This document shows, piece by piece, positions 35,101 to 46,103 of a stretch of DNA of 64,000 nucleotides. Position numbers and translations under genes: made by a program. The stretch is from NCBI GenBank assembly GCA_965223265.1, contig OZ244999.1:4544001-4608000 (forward strand), in the 5' to 3' direction. The stretch is from Planctomycetota bacterium (GTDB lineage: Bacteria; Planctomycetota; UBA8108; SXIK01). How positions within the stretch are numbered: position 1 is the first letter of the stretch; each line of letters starts with the position of its first letter. Below the pieces are notes generated by a model that searched no databases, had not been told where the DNA came from, and saw nothing but the letters and a program-made list of their open reading frames with translations.

Positions 35101-35862
35101 GGTGATGACCTCACCGCATTCGAGCAAGATCTCGCCGGTCGATTCATTGACGATGTCGTCGGCACAGATCAGCCCCTTCACTTTGTCGACCCACTTGTCG
35201 CCGGAGAGCTTGACATCCTGCACGGGGTAGAAGAGCTCGATGAGATTCCGGTTCGACGCAAAGTCCTCGGTCATGGCACGCAGGAAGCACGTCGCCGGAA
35301 ACTTGCCGCTTTGGTCGATGCGGATCGTGAGGATATCCTTCTTGGTGACGTTGAGCTCGATCCAGCTGCCACGCTCCGGAATGATGCGGCAGCAGTGAAG
35401 ACGCTTCTCGCTGGTGTGAAGCTCCTCGGAGAAGTCAACGCCGGGCGAACGGTGCAGCTGGCTGACGATGACACGTTCTGCGCCGTTGATGATGAACTCG
35501 CCGCCACCGATCATGATCGGCAGCTCACCGAGGTACACCTCTTCCTCGATCGGCTCGTCCTTCTCCAGCCGCACCCGAATCTTGAACGGCATACCGTAGG
35601 TCAAGCGCAGCTGCCGGCACTCATCCGGCATGTAGCGCGGACGCCCAAGCTCGTAGCCGACATACTCAAGCCCGATCTTGCCGTCGTAACTCTTGATGGG
35701 AAAGATCTCGCGCAAGATCGCTTCGAGACCCACGTTTTCTCGGTCAGTATAGTGGACGTCAGCCTGAAGAAAGCGATCGTAGGCCTCGATCTGGAGCCGC
35801 ATGAGGTTTGGCACCGGAATCGCTTCCCGGTTCTTTCCAAAACGGCGAATCGCTAAAGCCAT
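32122..35862 (-). CDS. rpoB: RNA polymerase beta subunit
   Basis: [48 protein letters not shown]. Confidence 0.99.
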   Translation of the reverse strand: MALAIRRFGKNREAIPVPNLMRLQIEAYDRFLQADVHYTDRENVGLEAILREIFPIKSYDGKIGLEYVGYELGRPRYMPDECRQLRLTYGMPFKIRVRLEKDEPIEEEVYLGELPIMIGGGEFIINGAERVIVSQLHRSPGVDFSEELHTSEKRLHCCRIIPERGSWIELNVTKKDILTIRIDQSGKFPATCFLRAMTEDFASNRNLIELFYPVQDVKLSGDKWVDKVKGLICADDIVNESTGEILLECGEVITETFAQSLFTDKEKRQVGGKDRVIRVITDVRDPLILNTLKEDLSKNHEDALIRIYQRLRPGNPAQIAKAKELFHEKFYNSSKYRLGRVGRFRINRKFGQSVAENEMTLHQDDIINSIQYVLDLRINNGEVDDIDHLGNRRVRTIEELAGEELRKGFLKLKRTVQERMSIMDKEALTPRSVINSKTISSAIEFFFGRGELSQVVDQTNPLSQLTHERRLSALGPGGLNRKRAGFEVRDVHISHYGRICPIETPEGTNIGLISSLGVFASIDEYGFLITPYLEVKKGKVSGKTVHLRADEEENRWLAPADIAVDKNGKIEGNLVLARRNGDFKLVAPAEIDYIDVSPQQMVGVSAALIPFLEHDDANRALMGSNMQRQAVPLLRTEPPLVGTGMETEVARYSGMVVTARREGQVTAVDANRVVIDDEDEYLLRKFQKLNERTCLNQKPIVKVGEKVKKGQVLADGAATKNGELALGRNVLVAFMSWDGYNFEDAILVSEKLVKDDAYTSVHLDEFEVEIRETKLGREEFTREIPNVSERVLRNLDETGVVRIGTAVKQGDILVGKVVPKSKSELSPEEKLLHAIFGRAGEDVKNDSLEVPSGVEGVVIGAHRFSRKSYLSDEDRKKSKEELATAHGEYDQKRAAQLDLLIQELTKILGKKPVGSDGKAVTTIRLAEMESVGAVKMLLRVETLIEGRTPSKAQQIKDCLRIHFAKLEAIEDQKTRVTNRLTRGDELPPGVLEMVKVYVATKRNLSVGDKMAGRHGNKGVIAKIMAEEDMPFLDDGTPVEMVLNPLGVPSRMNLGQILETHLGWAASRLGYRAVTPVFDGCNEGDIKEALHDSELPADGKAQLFDGRTGEAFEQRVTVGYLYMLKLHHLVDDKIHARATGPYSLITQQPLGGKARFGGQRFGEMEVWALEAYGAANILQELLTVKSDDVDGRAKIYESMVKGENTLEPGTPVSFHVLTHEIKGLGLNIELQKTLPDGDGPDKDGGPR

Positions 35863-36316
35863 CGACAGACCTCCAAATGGTTCGGTTCAGACCCGAGTTC
35901 AATCAACCGAGAAAAGCGCCTCAACGCACTTCGTCCGAGAAAAGACCCATTCCGGCGAACTTCGTTTGAGCAAAACGTTCGAGCGAGACACACACGCGAC
36001 CGACGCCCGACGTTTCACCGCGGCGAATCGTCGCACGAGCGATTGTTGGACCCTGCCGCCGCGGTTCGAGAGCTGGTCGTGACCCGCCGAGAAGCACTGC
36101 CTCCAACGGCACGAAAGCGGCGACACTCGGAAGGTCGTTCCACAAGTCAAAGCACCTCACCGCGGACGCGCCGCTCTCTCTTCACGCAACCAACTCTTCA
36201 CGCCGTCGCCATCTTGCTCGTCACGTCACTGACTTCCCGCTATTAGCTTCCAGCGATTGGGCACCAGGGTTCGGACGCAACACTGGCCCGAACCGCGGCA
36301 CCCACCAGCGAACTCA

Positions 36317-36730
36317 CTACTTGAGCTCGACCTCGGCGCCAGCCTCTTCGAGCTGCGCCTTGAGCTTTTCCGCCTCGTCCTTGGGTAGCCCTTCCTTCAC
36401 CGGCTTCGGTGCACCCTCGACAAGATCCTTGGCCTCCTTCAGGCCGAGGCTCGTGATCGCTCGCACCTCTTTGATGACCTGGATCTTCTTGGCACCGCCA
36501 CTCTTGAGGATGACGTCGAACGTCGACTTCGCTTCCGCCGCTTCATCACCGCCGCCGCCGGGCATCGGCCCAACTGCAGCAACCGCAGCTGCGGCCGGCT
36601 TGATCCCCTTCGCTTCAAGAGCTTCTTGCAGCTCGAGGAGCTCCATGACGTTCAGCTCCATGAAGGAATCGACAATTTTCGTCACTTTCTCTGAGAAGGT
36701 TTTGGCTTCCGTAGTGGCTTCTTCCGACAT
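36317..36730 (-). CDS. rplL: 50S ribosomal protein L7/L12
   Basis: FDVIL...[27 protein letters not shown]. Confidence 0.98.
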   Translation of the reverse strand: MSEEATTEAKTFSEKVTKIVDSFMELNVMELLELQEALEAKGIKPAAAAVAAVGPMPGGGGDEAAEAKSTFDVILKSGGAKKIQVIKEVRAITSLGLKEAKDLVEGAPKPVKEGLPKDEAEKLKAQLEEAGAEVELK

Positions 36731-36902
36731 GACCGTCCAGCCTCCTTGTGGCCTTCGCGCTTGCTCTTGCTAACTCAATTGACCAGTAAGCCCGCTTCCG
36801 TTCACGCCTGACCGCGCCGCGCGGTGTCGCGCGGTGTCGCGCGGTGTCGAGCGCCGAAGCTGGGTTTGAGAATTCAACGATGGAAAAACCTTCGCGCCGA
36901 CT

Positions 36903-37427
36903 CTATCCGTCCTGCGCGTCGTGATGCGCCTTGACACAGCCGGCGAAGTGAGCCGTGAGGCTCTTCGCGCAGCTACTCATGTGCGTCAGTGGCGCCAAAA
37001 ACTGCGACATCACCTGCTGTCGGAGCACTTCGGGCTCCGGAATCGCCGCCAACCGCTCGATGTCCGCCGGCTGCAGCACGCGCCCCTGGAAGAAGCCGCC
37101 GCGGATCTCAGCGACCTCCTTGTTCTTTTTGCGCCAGTTGACGATGCCGCGCGACGCGGTGAACGCGCCCTCGCCACCCATGAGAACAGCGATCGGACCA
37201 GTCAAGAGTGTGTTGAATTCGTCGTCGAGACCGATCTCGCTGAAGACTCTTTGAGCCAGTCGGTTGCGCACGACATTCATCTGCACACCCTGCTGCCGCA
37301 GCGTCGAACGAAGATCCTCTGTGACCTCCGCGCTCAATCCCCTGAAGTCGATCAAGACACAGCCGTCCATGTCTTGGAACCGCGCCTTCAGGTCCTCACA
37401 AATCAGTTGTTTGAGTTCTCTAGCCAT
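36903..37427 (-). CDS. rplJ: 50S ribosomal protein L10
   Basis: DFRGLS...LR..LR..G....VVRNRL; position between rplA and rplL. Confidence 0.93.
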   Translation of the reverse strand: MARELKQLICEDLKARFQDMDGCVLIDFRGLSAEVTEDLRSTLRQQGVQMNVVRNRLAQRVFSEIGLDDEFNTLLTGPIAVLMGGEGAFTASRGIVNWRKKNKEVAEIRGGFFQGRVLQPADIERLAAIPEPEVLRQQVMSQFLAPLTHMSSCAKSLTAHFAGCVKAHHDAQDG

Positions 37428-37486
37428 GACGGTTCTACCGATCGCTCCGGGTCATGAAAGTCCGCCGCGCGGACCGCAATGTCACA

Positions 37487-38170
37487 TCACCCACTGACGC
37501 TTAACCGCACCCCAGGGCTCATCGTCGCGGAAATCGCTGCCTTTTGCAGATAAACCCCCTTCGCCGATGCGGGTTTCACCGATCGCAGATGCTCAAGAAA
37601 AGCCTCGACGTTGTCGACCAGCTGGTCCTTCTTGAACGATTTCTTGCCCATGGGAGCGTGAACGTTGCCGCCGCCGTCGCTGCGAAACTCGACCTTGCCC
37701 GCAACGAATTCCTTGACTGCTTGGCCGACGTTGTCTGTCACCGTGCCCGACTTGGGCGACGGCATTTTACCGTGCGGCCCTAAGACGCGCCCCAGCTTAC
37801 CGACGTGGCGCATCATCGCAGGATGAGCAATCGCGACATCGAAATCGAGCCAGCCATCAAGAATCTTCTTCGCCAAATCCTCACCACCGACGGCGCTGGC
37901 GCCGGCTGCTTCAGCCTCGGCGGCCGCCGGCCCCTCCGCGAAGGCAATCACACGCGTCTGCTTGCCGATCCCGTGCGGGAGCGAAAACGCACCGCGGACG
38001 TTCTGTTGCGAGTTCTTGGGGTCGATCCCGAGCTTGACGGCGATCTCGACCGTCTCGTCGAACTTCGCACTCTCAAAATTCAAGAGGACTTCGACCGCTT
38101 CAGTAACGGGCAAAAGCTCCTGTGAACACTTTATTCTATTTCTACCGAATTTCTTCGACGTTCGCGCCAT
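37487..38170 (-). CDS. rplA: 50S ribosomal protein L1
   Basis: [42 protein letters not shown]. Confidence 0.97.
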   Translation of the reverse strand: MARTSKKFGRNRIKCSQELLPVTEAVEVLLNFESAKFDETVEIAVKLGIDPKNSQQNVRGAFSLPHGIGKQTRVIAFAEGPAAAEAEAAGASAVGGEDLAKKILDGWLDFDVAIAHPAMMRHVGKLGRVLGPHGKMPSPKSGTVTDNVGQAVKEFVAGKVEFRSDGGGNVHAPMGKKSFKKDQLVDNVEAFLEHLRSVKPASAKGVYLQKAAISATMSPGVRLSVSG

Positions 38171-38498
38171 CAGAATCCTCCTGCGAGAACCAAAGTCGAT
38201 TCTCTCCCGCGCTCGCGGTCATCGTCTGCGATCCATCCGATCACGTGCCCGAGAAGCTCCTCATTCGCATCGCGCTCGACCGACACCTTGAGCGACGATG
38301 GGACACGCGCTCCCCTTGCGGCTTCGAGGGCGCGCCGGCTCAGAAAACGGACCTTCCAAAAGAGCTCCCCGGGACCAAACGCACAGTTTTAGCCAGTCGC
38401 CAGGTCAAATGCAAGGGGCGGGTGCGGGAAATCTTAAGTACCCAACCCGGGCGGCGGCGCTGAGCGCCCGACAGGACGCGAGGACAGCCTCCAGCCCC

Positions 38499-38930
38499 TC
38501 AAACCTGGACTTCGACCCCCATGCTGCGGCAGGTCCCCTCGATCAGGCGCACGGCGGAGTCGAGACTGCCAGCGTTGAGGTCTGCCATCTTCGTCTTGGC
38601 AATCTCCTCAAGCTGGGTCCGGGTGATCGAGCCGACGGTCTCCCGCCCCGGCGTGTTCGCCCCCTTGGCGAGGCCCACTGCCTGGCGCACAAGCACGGCG
38701 GCGGGCGGGGATTTGAGCACGAAGTCAAAGCTACGATCTGCGTAGACACTCAGCTCGACGGGGATGACGGTGCCCTGCTGGTCGCTGGTGCGGGAATTGA
38801 ACTGCGAAACAAACTCACCGATGTTGACCCCGTGCTGGCCGAGGGCCGGCCCCACGGGCGGCGCCGGCGTGGCTTGACCACCAACGATTTGCAATTTGAT
38901 CTTGGCTTTGACTTCTCTTTTCGGCGGCAT
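38499..38930 (-). CDS. rplK: 50S ribosomal protein L11
   Basis: [28 protein letters not shown]. Confidence 0.98.
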   Translation of the reverse strand: MPPKREVKAKIKLQIVGGQATPAPPVGPALGQHGVNIGEFVSQFNSRTSDQQGTVIPVELSVYADRSFDFVLKSPPAAVLVRQAVGLAKGANTPGRETVGSITRTQLEEIAKTKMADLNAGSLDSAVRLIEGTCRSMGVEVQV

Positions 38931-39010
38931 GATTCGTCTCGTTGTCGCGCCTGGATTTCGGGGGGAATTGACGGGGGTGACGACGCCACCACCGTTCGTG
39001 GAAGAGCTCC

Positions 39011-39565
39011 TCAGATGCGCTCGACCTGCCAGTATTCCAGATCGACCGGCGTGGCTCTACCAAAAATCGTCACGATAACACGCACCTGCCCCTTGGTCGG
39101 AAAGATCTCGTCGACGGTGCCGTCGAAGTTCTCAAACGGCCCCTCTTTGATCTTGACGCTGTTTCCAGCCTCGAGATCGATCTTCAGCTCCGGCGCCTCG
39201 TCCTTGTCCTTCATGGTGTTGAGGACCTTTTCGACTTCCGCCGGGGGCAGCGGCAACGGCCGCTGCTGGGAGCCGACAAAGTCGCCGATGCCGTTGGTCT
39301 CCTTGATCAGGTACCAGACGTCGTCGGTCAAATCCATCTCAACGATCAAGTAACCCGGGTAGAGCTTCCGTTCCTTGAAGCGTTTCTTACCACCCTTGAT
39401 CTCCGAGACCTTCTCGGTCGGCACCAGAATCGTCGGGACCTCTTCCTCGAGCCCCGCCAGTTGCACCTTCTTCTGCAGGGCATCGCGAAGCGTCGACTCG
39501 CGGCCGCTGGCAACCCTCAATACGTACCACTCAAGCACCATAGCGTGATGTCTCTCCGAGTCCAC
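39011..39565 (-). CDS. nusG: Transcription termination/antitermination factor NusG
   Basis: [20 protein letters not shown] motif [18 protein letters not shown]; start may be ATG 39541. Confidence 0.96.
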   Translation of the reverse strand: MDSERHHAMVLEWYVLRVASGRESTLRDALQKKVQLAGLEEEVPTILVPTEKVSEIKGGKKRFKERKLYPGYLIVEMDLTDDVWYLIKETNGIGDFVGSQQRPLPLPPAEVEKVLNTMKDKDEAPELKIDLEAGNSVKIKEGPFENFDGTVDEIFPTKGQVRVIVTIFGRATPVDLEYWQVERI

Positions 39566-39738
39566 TCACCACCACACGATACTGAAAACCGATAGAATCG
39601 CCGCAGCCGCAACACTTGGAACCGCGATGGAGTCGGTTGGGAGCAGTCGATCGCATCATGACAGCCGAAGGAAGGCGGTCGTCCATCTCGAGTGCCGGCG
39701 CCCCCTCAAAGCTCCGGGGTTTTGTAGATAATAGGGCG

Positions 39739-39767
39739 ACTATAGCGGACTCCGAGGAGCAAGACAA
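39739..39767 (-). promoter_or_regulatory. Putative sigma70 promoter upstream of nusG
   Basis: TTGTCT-N17-TATAGT within the 400-bp secE-nusG spacer. Confidence 0.5.
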
Positions 39768-39968
39768 TAGCCGGCGCGCTGGGCGAGGCGACCGATCGGC
39801 GCCTCCCACCGAGACGCGTCCCCCACACACTTCTTGTCACCGTCTGCCTGAAAAAGTGCTTCGAGCCGAAAACGGATCTCGTCGCGTCCGAATCGAGGCG
39901 TGACGGCTATAGGGTGTATAGGGCGCCTCGGTGACGTGACTCACATCGGCTGCGGGTAAAACCAGCGA

Positions 39969-40367
39969 TCAGGAGCCAGGATAGATCAAACTCCGCCCGA
40001 AGAAAAAGATCGCGTCCCAAAAAACGATGTAAAACATCATGATCACGACCGTCACCACGACGACGACGGACGCATTGATCTCTTCCTGCCTGGTCGGCCA
40101 AGTGACCTTGTTCTTCAGCTCGGACTCGGTGTCGATCAAGAAATCGACTGCCTTGCGGTGGTTGAAGAGCCACACGCCGAAGGCGACCGCTGCCAGCAGT
40201 AAAGGCCCCTGGATCAACCAGCGATAGTCGAACCAACCGCCCCACGCCTCCTTCTCGGGCAACGTCGCGCCGACCACCTGGACGGCGTAGAGCGCGACAA
40301 CGCCGACGACGAACATGAGGCAGCCGCGCCCCCATTTCCCTTGACCTTCCTTATAGATCTTCCACAC
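39969..40367 (-). CDS. secE: Preprotein translocase SecE (3-TM form)
   Basis: IYKEGQG, DFLIDTESELKNKVTWPT followed by a TM helix; between tRNA-Trp and nusG. Confidence 0.92.
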   Translation of the reverse strand: MWKIYKEGQGKWGRGCLMFVVGVVALYAVQVVGATLPEKEAWGGWFDYRWLIQGPLLLAAVAFGVWLFNHRKAVDFLIDTESELKNKVTWPTRQEEINASVVVVVTVVIMMFYIVFWDAIFFFGRSLIYPGS

Positions 40368-40523
40368 GGCTCAACTCAACCTCACTGTCAGTCCACTGCT
40401 GACTCGTTCTCTGTCGTTCTCGATCGGCCTTGCGGCAGCGACGAAGATCCCGCCGCTGCAGACGAATACCGACGCCCGAAAAGTACGAAACACCAGCAAC
40501 GCGGCTATTCAAATCCAAAAACG

Positions 40524-40599
40524 TGGCAGGCCAGGAGGGACTCGAACCCCCAACTTACGGATTTGGAATCCGTTGCTCTACCAATTGAACTACTGGCCT
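40524..40599 (-). tRNA. tRNA-Trp(CCA)
   Basis: AGGCCAG acceptor, anticodon arm ACGGA-TTCCAAA-TCCGT, GGTTCGA, encoded CCA. Confidence 0.97.
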
Positions 40600-40676
40600 A
40601 CGGTCGACGAAAAGAGCCGGCGACGCCCACCCATGAGCCGTCAGGCACCCCGGGCGGGTGTCGCCACCCATCCCAC

Positions 40677-41870
40677 TCACTCCGTGATCTTGACCACAAC
40701 ACCGGCACCGACTGTGCGGCCACCTTCGCGAATCGCGAAACGCAGTCCCTCCTCACAGGCGATTGGTGTGATCAGCTCGATCTCCATCGTGATGTTGTCT
40801 CCCGGCATGCACATCTCGGCGCCGCCCTGCAGCTGAATCGAGCCGGTGACGTCCGTTGTCCGGAAAAAGAACTGCGGCCGATAGCCGGAAAAGAACGGCG
40901 TGTGGCGCCCGCCTTCCTCCTTCGTCAGAACGTAGACCTCAGCGTCGAATTTCGTGTGCGGGGTGATGCTGCCTGGTTTCGCCAGCACCTGACCGCGCTC
41001 CAGGTCCTCTTTGTCGACGCCGCGAAGGAGACAACCGACGTTGTCGCCGGCCAGGCCCTCGTTGAGCGTCTTGTTGAACATTTCAACACCGGTCACCGTC
41101 GTCTTACGGACGTCGTTGGTGAGCCCGACAATCTCGATTTCGTCGCCGGTGTTGACCTGGCCGCGCTCGATACGTCCGGTACCAACCGTACCGCGGCCCT
41201 TGATGCTGAACACATCTTCGACCGGCATCAGGAACGGTTTGTCCACGTCGCGTTTCGGCTCGGGGATGTACTCATCGACCGCTTTCATGAGCTCAACGAT
41301 ACAGCCCGATTTCGCCTCATCCTCGGGGTTCTCCAGTGCCTGAAGCGCCGAGCCAGAGATCACGGGAATATCGTCGCCCGGAAACTCGTACTTCGACAGC
41401 AGCTCTCGTACCTCAAGCTCCACGAGCTCCAGGAGCTCTTCGTCATCCACCATGTCGACCTTGTTGAGGAAGACGACGATGCGCGGCACGCCGACTTGGC
41501 GAGCCAGTAGAATGTGCTCGCGCGTCTGCGGCATGGGGCCGTCAGCGGCACTGACGACGAGAATCGCGCCATCCATTTGGGCCGCACCCGTCACCATGTT
41601 CTTGACGTAGTCAGCGTGTCCCGGACAGTCGACGTGGGCGTAGTGGCGGTTCTCCGTTTCGTACTCGACATGCGCCGTGTTGATCGTGATTCCGCGCTCA
41701 CGCTCTTCGGGAGCGTTGTCGATCTCTTCGAAGCTTTTCTCTGCCGACAGCCCACGCTTGGCCAAGACCTGCGTGATCGCCGCAGTCAGCGTCGTTTTAC
41801 CATGGTCGACGTGGCCAATTGTGCCAATGTTGACGTGGGGTTTGGTCCTTTCAAATACTTCCTTTGCCAT
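40677..41870 (-). CDS. tuf: Elongation factor Tu
   Basis: [33 protein letters not shown]. Confidence 0.99.
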   Translation of the reverse strand: MAKEVFERTKPHVNIGTIGHVDHGKTTLTAAITQVLAKRGLSAEKSFEEIDNAPEERERGITINTAHVEYETENRHYAHVDCPGHADYVKNMVTGAAQMDGAILVVSAADGPMPQTREHILLARQVGVPRIVVFLNKVDMVDDEELLELVELEVRELLSKYEFPGDDIPVISGSALQALENPEDEAKSGCIVELMKAVDEYIPEPKRDVDKPFLMPVEDVFSIKGRGTVGTGRIERGQVNTGDEIEIVGLTNDVRKTTVTGVEMFNKTLNEGLAGDNVGCLLRGVDKEDLERGQVLAKPGSITPHTKFDAEVYVLTKEEGGRHTPFFSGYRPQFFFRTTDVTGSIQLQGGAEMCMPGDNITMEIELITPIACEEGLRFAIREGGRTVGAGVVVKITE

Positions 41871-42035
41871 GGATGGCGAACTCCTTTCGCTCCCACTAAA
41901 TAAGCACCGTCACAGACGACCGAGACGAACAATGAGTTGATGCGGACCGAACAAGTGCTTCCGAAGCGGTGAAACACCCGGAATCGCAGTCGACTGATCG
42001 CGTCAAACCATGAGGCGCAAACTGTAATCTTCAAA

Positions 42036-42111
<76 letters not shown>

Positions 42112-42126
42112 GTGGACAACTTGTTT

Positions 42127-42190
42127 CGTAACTACCGGACGTAACTACCGGACGCAACTCGAAGGGACGCGACACTCGAAGGGACGCGAC
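42127..42190. repeat. Two adjacent tandem duplications (13 bp x2, 17 bp x2) in the tRNA spacer
   Basis: CGTAACTACCGGA x2 (42127-42152); ACTCGAAGGGACGCGAC x2 (42157-42190). Confidence 0.9.
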
Positions 42191-42232
42191 CCCGCAGCGC
42201 GAGTTCGTCCTCATACTTTTCGTCAGCAAACT

Positions 42233-42306
42233 TGGAGCGGGTGAAGGGAATCGAACCCTCGTAACCAGCTTGGAAGGCTGGCGCTTTACCATTAAGCTAC
42301 ACCCGC
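42233..42306 (-). tRNA. tRNA-Gly(TCC)
   Basis: GCGGGTG acceptor, CCAGC-CTTCCAA-GCTGG, CCA end. Confidence 0.97.
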
Positions 42307-42534
42307 GTGTCATTCCTGCATTACCAATAGAATTCCGCCTGGCCGCCCGCGGCTGAATGGATCCGCGGTCGAAGATCCCGGCAAGCATAACTGCGGGAGC
42401 GACCTCTTTGCATCTTTTTCGGCATTTCGTCGCAATCCACAGCACTGAAAAAACGGGCGCGCGGAGAACAACAACGCGCCCCCCGGCGGACACGCTCGAC
42501 GCTCGCGCCACGCTTGCGACCGGGAGGAAATTTG

Positions 42535-42619
42535 TGGTGGGCAGGAGTGGATTCGAACCACTGAAGCTTGACGCAACGGGTTTACAGCCCGTCCCCTTTG
42601 GCCACTTGGGTACCTGCCC
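42535..42619 (-). tRNA. tRNA-Tyr(GTA)
   Basis: GGGCAGG acceptor, ACGGG-CTGTAAA-CCCGT, long variable arm, CCA end. Confidence 0.96.
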
Positions 42620-42723
42620 CGAGTCGCAACCGGCAACATGTTTTCAAAGACCGACGGTGCACAGCACCGAGATCAAGAGAGCCGAACACGCCCGCGAGTG
42701 CGTTCGGCTCCATCGACTTCATG

Positions 42724-42795
<72 letters not shown>

Positions 42796-42885
42796 GGAAA
42801 GCTTTCTCAGACAACCGTTTGAGAAACTGCCCGGCGGCAACCGGGAGCCGACAAAAACGGCCGTCTACCGACGTAAAGTCGCGAG

Positions 42886-42913
42886 ATTATAACTGTGAGA
42901 CCCCGCCATGCAA
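42886..42913 (-). promoter_or_regulatory. Sigma70-type promoter of the tRNA-tuf operon
   Basis: TTGCAT-N16-TATAAT, ~90 bp upstream of tRNA-Thr(TGT), with an AT-rich tract further upstream. Confidence 0.7.
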
Positions 42914-43117
42914 CGAAAAAACAACTAAAAATGGCACCCATGCGGGAGGGCAAAAAGCCTTTGCCCGTAAGCACTTAGGCTGCCGCGTGGGGGCGATCGC
43001 ACGCGTCTCGACGCGCCTTGCCGCCCACGGCCAGGTCGGCGTCACGGCGCCAGGTGAAACCTTGGCCAAATGTGGGCGAAAACGCTCGCCCCATAAGTCC
43101 GGGAGAACATTTCCGGA

Positions 43118-44593
43118 TCAGTCCAGCGACCGATGCCAGCGCGTGCCTTCGGCGCCGTCCTTGATGACGATTCCGGCAGCCGCGAGTTCGTCGCGAATGC
43201 GGTCGGCAGCGGCGAAATCCTTGGCGTTCCGGGCCGTGCGCCTCTCTTCGATCGCCGCCTCGATGCGCTCGCTCGACCAGCCCGGGACGACCTCTTCCGA
43301 GCCGCCGGATTCCCCGACGCGAGCCGCCGCTTCGCGGTCGAGGACGCCCAGGACTGAATCCCAGCGCGCCAGCACCGCCGCGGCTCGCCCCCCCGCTTGG
43401 CGACTGCGAACGCTCGAGTAGGCGGCGGAGCAAAACTCGTGCACCACCCCAAGGGCCCCTGACGTGTTCAAATCGTCGTCGAGTGCGGCGACAAACGCTG
43501 CGTCGCTCTCTCGGCTGAGAGCCTCGAGGTTCTCAAGCTCGCCGGCAGCAGGCTGGCACTCCGGGAGACTTTCCATGTTGAGTCGAAACTCGCGCAGATA
43601 GCGCAGATTCTTGCGCGCGTCGTCCAGTCCCTGGAACGTGAAATTCGACTGGCTCCGGTAGTGGGAGCTGACAAGCGCATAGCGGATTTCTAGGCCATCG
43701 TAGCCCCGCCCGAGGAGATCACGCACGGTGTAAAAGTTCCCCGCCGACTTCGACATCTTCTTTCCCTCCACGAAAATGTGCCGGCGGTGGAGCCAGTAGC
43801 GCGCGAAAACCTCGTCTTTGCCAGCCGAAGACTGCGCGATCTCGCACTCGTGGTGGGGAAAGATATTGTCCTCGCCACCGGTGTGAATGTCGATCCGTGG
43901 CCCTAAGTACCGCCGGGCCATCGCCGAACACTCGATATGCCATCCCGGGAACCCCTCGCCCCAGGGGCTTTCCCACTTCATCAGATGCTTCGGATCCTTC
44001 TTCCAGAGCGTGAAATCGAGCGGACTTTTCTTGTGAGGGTCCTCCTCGACACGAGACCCCGCGACGAGCTGCTCCGGGGTGTTGCCGCTGAGCACTCCGT
44101 AAGACGGAAACCGGGCGATCTCGAAATAAACCTGATCGTTCGCCTGGTACGCCAGCCCAAGAGCCATGAGCTCCTGGATCATTTCAATCATCTCGGTGAT
44201 GTGATCGGTGGCGCGCGGGTAACGCTCCGCTTCACGCAAGTTCAATTGCTTGCGATCTTCGTGGAACGCATCTTCGAACTCGCGGGCGATCTCCCAGATG
44301 TCTTTTTTTCGTTCACGCGCGGCTTTCTCCAGCTTGTCCTCGCCCTGGGCATCGGCCAGGTCGTCGTCGGTCAGGTGCCCGACGTCGGTGATGTTCATGA
44401 TCTGGCGCACCTTGAAGCCGCGGTACTCGAGGTGGCGCCTGAGAACGTCGGCCATGACGAATGATGCGAAGTTACCGATGTGCGCGTAGCTGTAGACGGT
44501 TGGGCCACAGTTGTACATGGTGACTTCGCCGGGAGTCAGTGGTCGAAACTCCTCTTTGCGCTTCGAGAGCGTGTTGTAGAGCTTGAGAGTCAT
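43118..44593 (-). CDS. cysS: Cysteine--tRNA ligase
   Basis: CGPTVYSYAHIGN, PGWHIECSAM, FPHHECEIAQ, KMSKS; ATG 44593 overlaps the ispF stop. Confidence 0.98.
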   Translation of the reverse strand: MTLKLYNTLSKRKEEFRPLTPGEVTMYNCGPTVYSYAHIGNFASFVMADVLRRHLEYRGFKVRQIMNITDVGHLTDDDLADAQGEDKLEKAARERKKDIWEIAREFEDAFHEDRKQLNLREAERYPRATDHITEMIEMIQELMALGLAYQANDQVYFEIARFPSYGVLSGNTPEQLVAGSRVEEDPHKKSPLDFTLWKKDPKHLMKWESPWGEGFPGWHIECSAMARRYLGPRIDIHTGGEDNIFPHHECEIAQSSAGKDEVFARYWLHRRHIFVEGKKMSKSAGNFYTVRDLLGRGYDGLEIRYALVSSHYRSQSNFTFQGLDDARKNLRYLREFRLNMESLPECQPAAGELENLEALSRESDAAFVAALDDDLNTSGALGVVHEFCSAAYSSVRSRQAGGRAAAVLARWDSVLGVLDREAAARVGESGGSEEVVPGWSSERIEAAIEERRTARNAKDFAAADRIRDELAAAGIVIKDGAEGTRWHRSLD

Positions 44594-45084
44594 GTTTGTT
44601 GTCGTTCCAGCAGTACCGCGACCTGGGCCGCGATGGCTTCGCCGCGTCCCAGCGCATCGCACCGCTCGTTGGTCTTCGCCTTGACGTTGACCGCATCATC
44701 GGCGAGGACCCAGTAGGGCTGGAGGATTTCCCGCAGTTGTTTGGCGATGCGCTGCTTGGCGGCGCCGAGTTTGATCTTCTCGAGAATTACCGTGGCGTCC
44801 AGATTCACCAGACGGTACCCGGCCGCCTTGACGTCGCGCGCGGCCGACTCCAAGAAAAACCGGCTCGACTGCCCCTTCCACTCCGGCGACGTGTCAGGAA
44901 AATGCTCGCCGATATCGCCAAGTCCGGCCGCACCATAGAGCGCGTCGCAGAGGGCATGGAGGAGGACGTCGCCGTCCGAATGAGCCTCCGCGCCGACGTC
45001 TGCTTCGATGCGCAGCCCACCGACAAAAAGGGGCTTTCCTGCCACCAATCTGTGATTGTCGATACCGAAACCTGTGCGAAACAT
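44590..45084 (-). CDS. ispF: 2-C-methyl-D-erythritol 2,4-cyclodiphosphate synthase
   Basis: RTGFGIDNHRL, HSDGDVLLHALCDAL.GAAGLGDIGEHFPD, NVKAKTNE. Confidence 0.96.
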   Translation of the reverse strand: MFRTGFGIDNHRLVAGKPLFVGGLRIEADVGAEAHSDGDVLLHALCDALYGAAGLGDIGEHFPDTSPEWKGQSSRFFLESAARDVKAAGYRLVNLDATVILEKIKLGAAKQRIAKQLREILQPYWVLADDAVNVKAKTNERCDALGRGEAIAAQVAVLLERQQT

Positions 45085-45316
45085 GGGCCGGCGATTATAA
45101 CTGGGCCCAAAATGGAGAACAACGCGTCACACCCAACCGGCGCGGTTCACATTGCCGGTGAAGAAGTATCGTGGAGTCGGGCCGCCGCAGGCTCATGGCG
45201 TCGAGGCGCAAAGATCCACCGCTGAGATTGAGGATCTCCCCGCCGCGGTGAGCCGTGAAGACTCGCGAGGACGAAAAAGGTCAGTCAGCGTCATTGGGAT
45301 GAGGAGGTCGAAGGGA

Positions 45317-46054
45317 GTGTTGCAAGACACCGGTGTTATCCTCGCGGCCGCGGGAATCGGTCGCCGCTTTGGCGCCAAAAAACAGTTTCTCTCGCTCCTC
45401 GGGAAGCCACTGCTGCACTACTCGCTGGCGACATTTAGCGACATCGCGTCAGTGAGGGAAATTGTGGTCGTTGTTCCGCAAAGCGATACGCAGCGGGCAA
45501 CCGAGCTGATCGAAGCGTGGCGCCCCGCCACGAGGGCGAATGCGGCTGCGACTGCAGCACCACCGCCGTCTGTTTCGGTGCGACCAGGGGGCAAGCGACG
45601 CCAGGACTCGGTGCGCCAAGGCCTCGAAGCGCTGACCGACGCCGTGAAGTACGTTCTCGTCCATGACGCGGCGCGCCCGCTCCTGCGTCGCGAAGACGCC
45701 GACAACCTTTTGCGCGAGATCAGGGCACACGGTGCCGCGGTGATTGGCACCCCTTGCTCTGACAGTCTCAAGCGTGTGGACGCGCAGCGAGCGATTCTCG
45801 ACGAGGTTGAACGCGAAAGCATCTGGTGCGTTCAGACGCCACAGGGCGCACGTCGCGACCTCTTGCTCACCGCTTACGCTGAGCAGGGTGAACGTGACTG
45901 GACCGACGAAGCCTCACTCCTGCGCGCGGCCGGCGTTGAGCCGCGTTTGGTCGAGGGTTCCCGGGACAACTTCAAAATCACCTCGAGCGGCGACGAACAG
46001 TTGGCCGTCGCGATCTTGGAGACCCGCCGGCGGGCGAGCGATACGAAACGTTAG
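45317..46054 (+). CDS. ispD: 2-C-methyl-D-erythritol 4-phosphate cytidylyltransferase
   Basis: ILAAAG.G.RFG..KQF, GG.RRQDSV..GL, VLVHDAARP, VQTPQ, TDEAS, NFKIT; GTG start after GAGGAGG. Confidence 0.95.
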   Translation: MLQDTGVILAAAGIGRRFGAKKQFLSLLGKPLLHYSLATFSDIASVREIVVVVPQSDTQRATELIEAWRPATRANAAATAAPPPSVSVRPGGKRRQDSVRQGLEALTDAVKYVLVHDAARPLLRREDADNLLREIRAHGAAVIGTPCSDSLKRVDAQRAILDEVERESIWCVQTPQGARRDLLLTAYAEQGERDWTDEASLLRAAGVEPRLVEGSRDNFKITSSGDEQLAVAILETRRRASDTKR

Positions 46055-46103
46055 CTGCGACGTTGCTGCGCACCCCGGCTGGCGGTCATCAGAGGAGTAG
46101 CCA

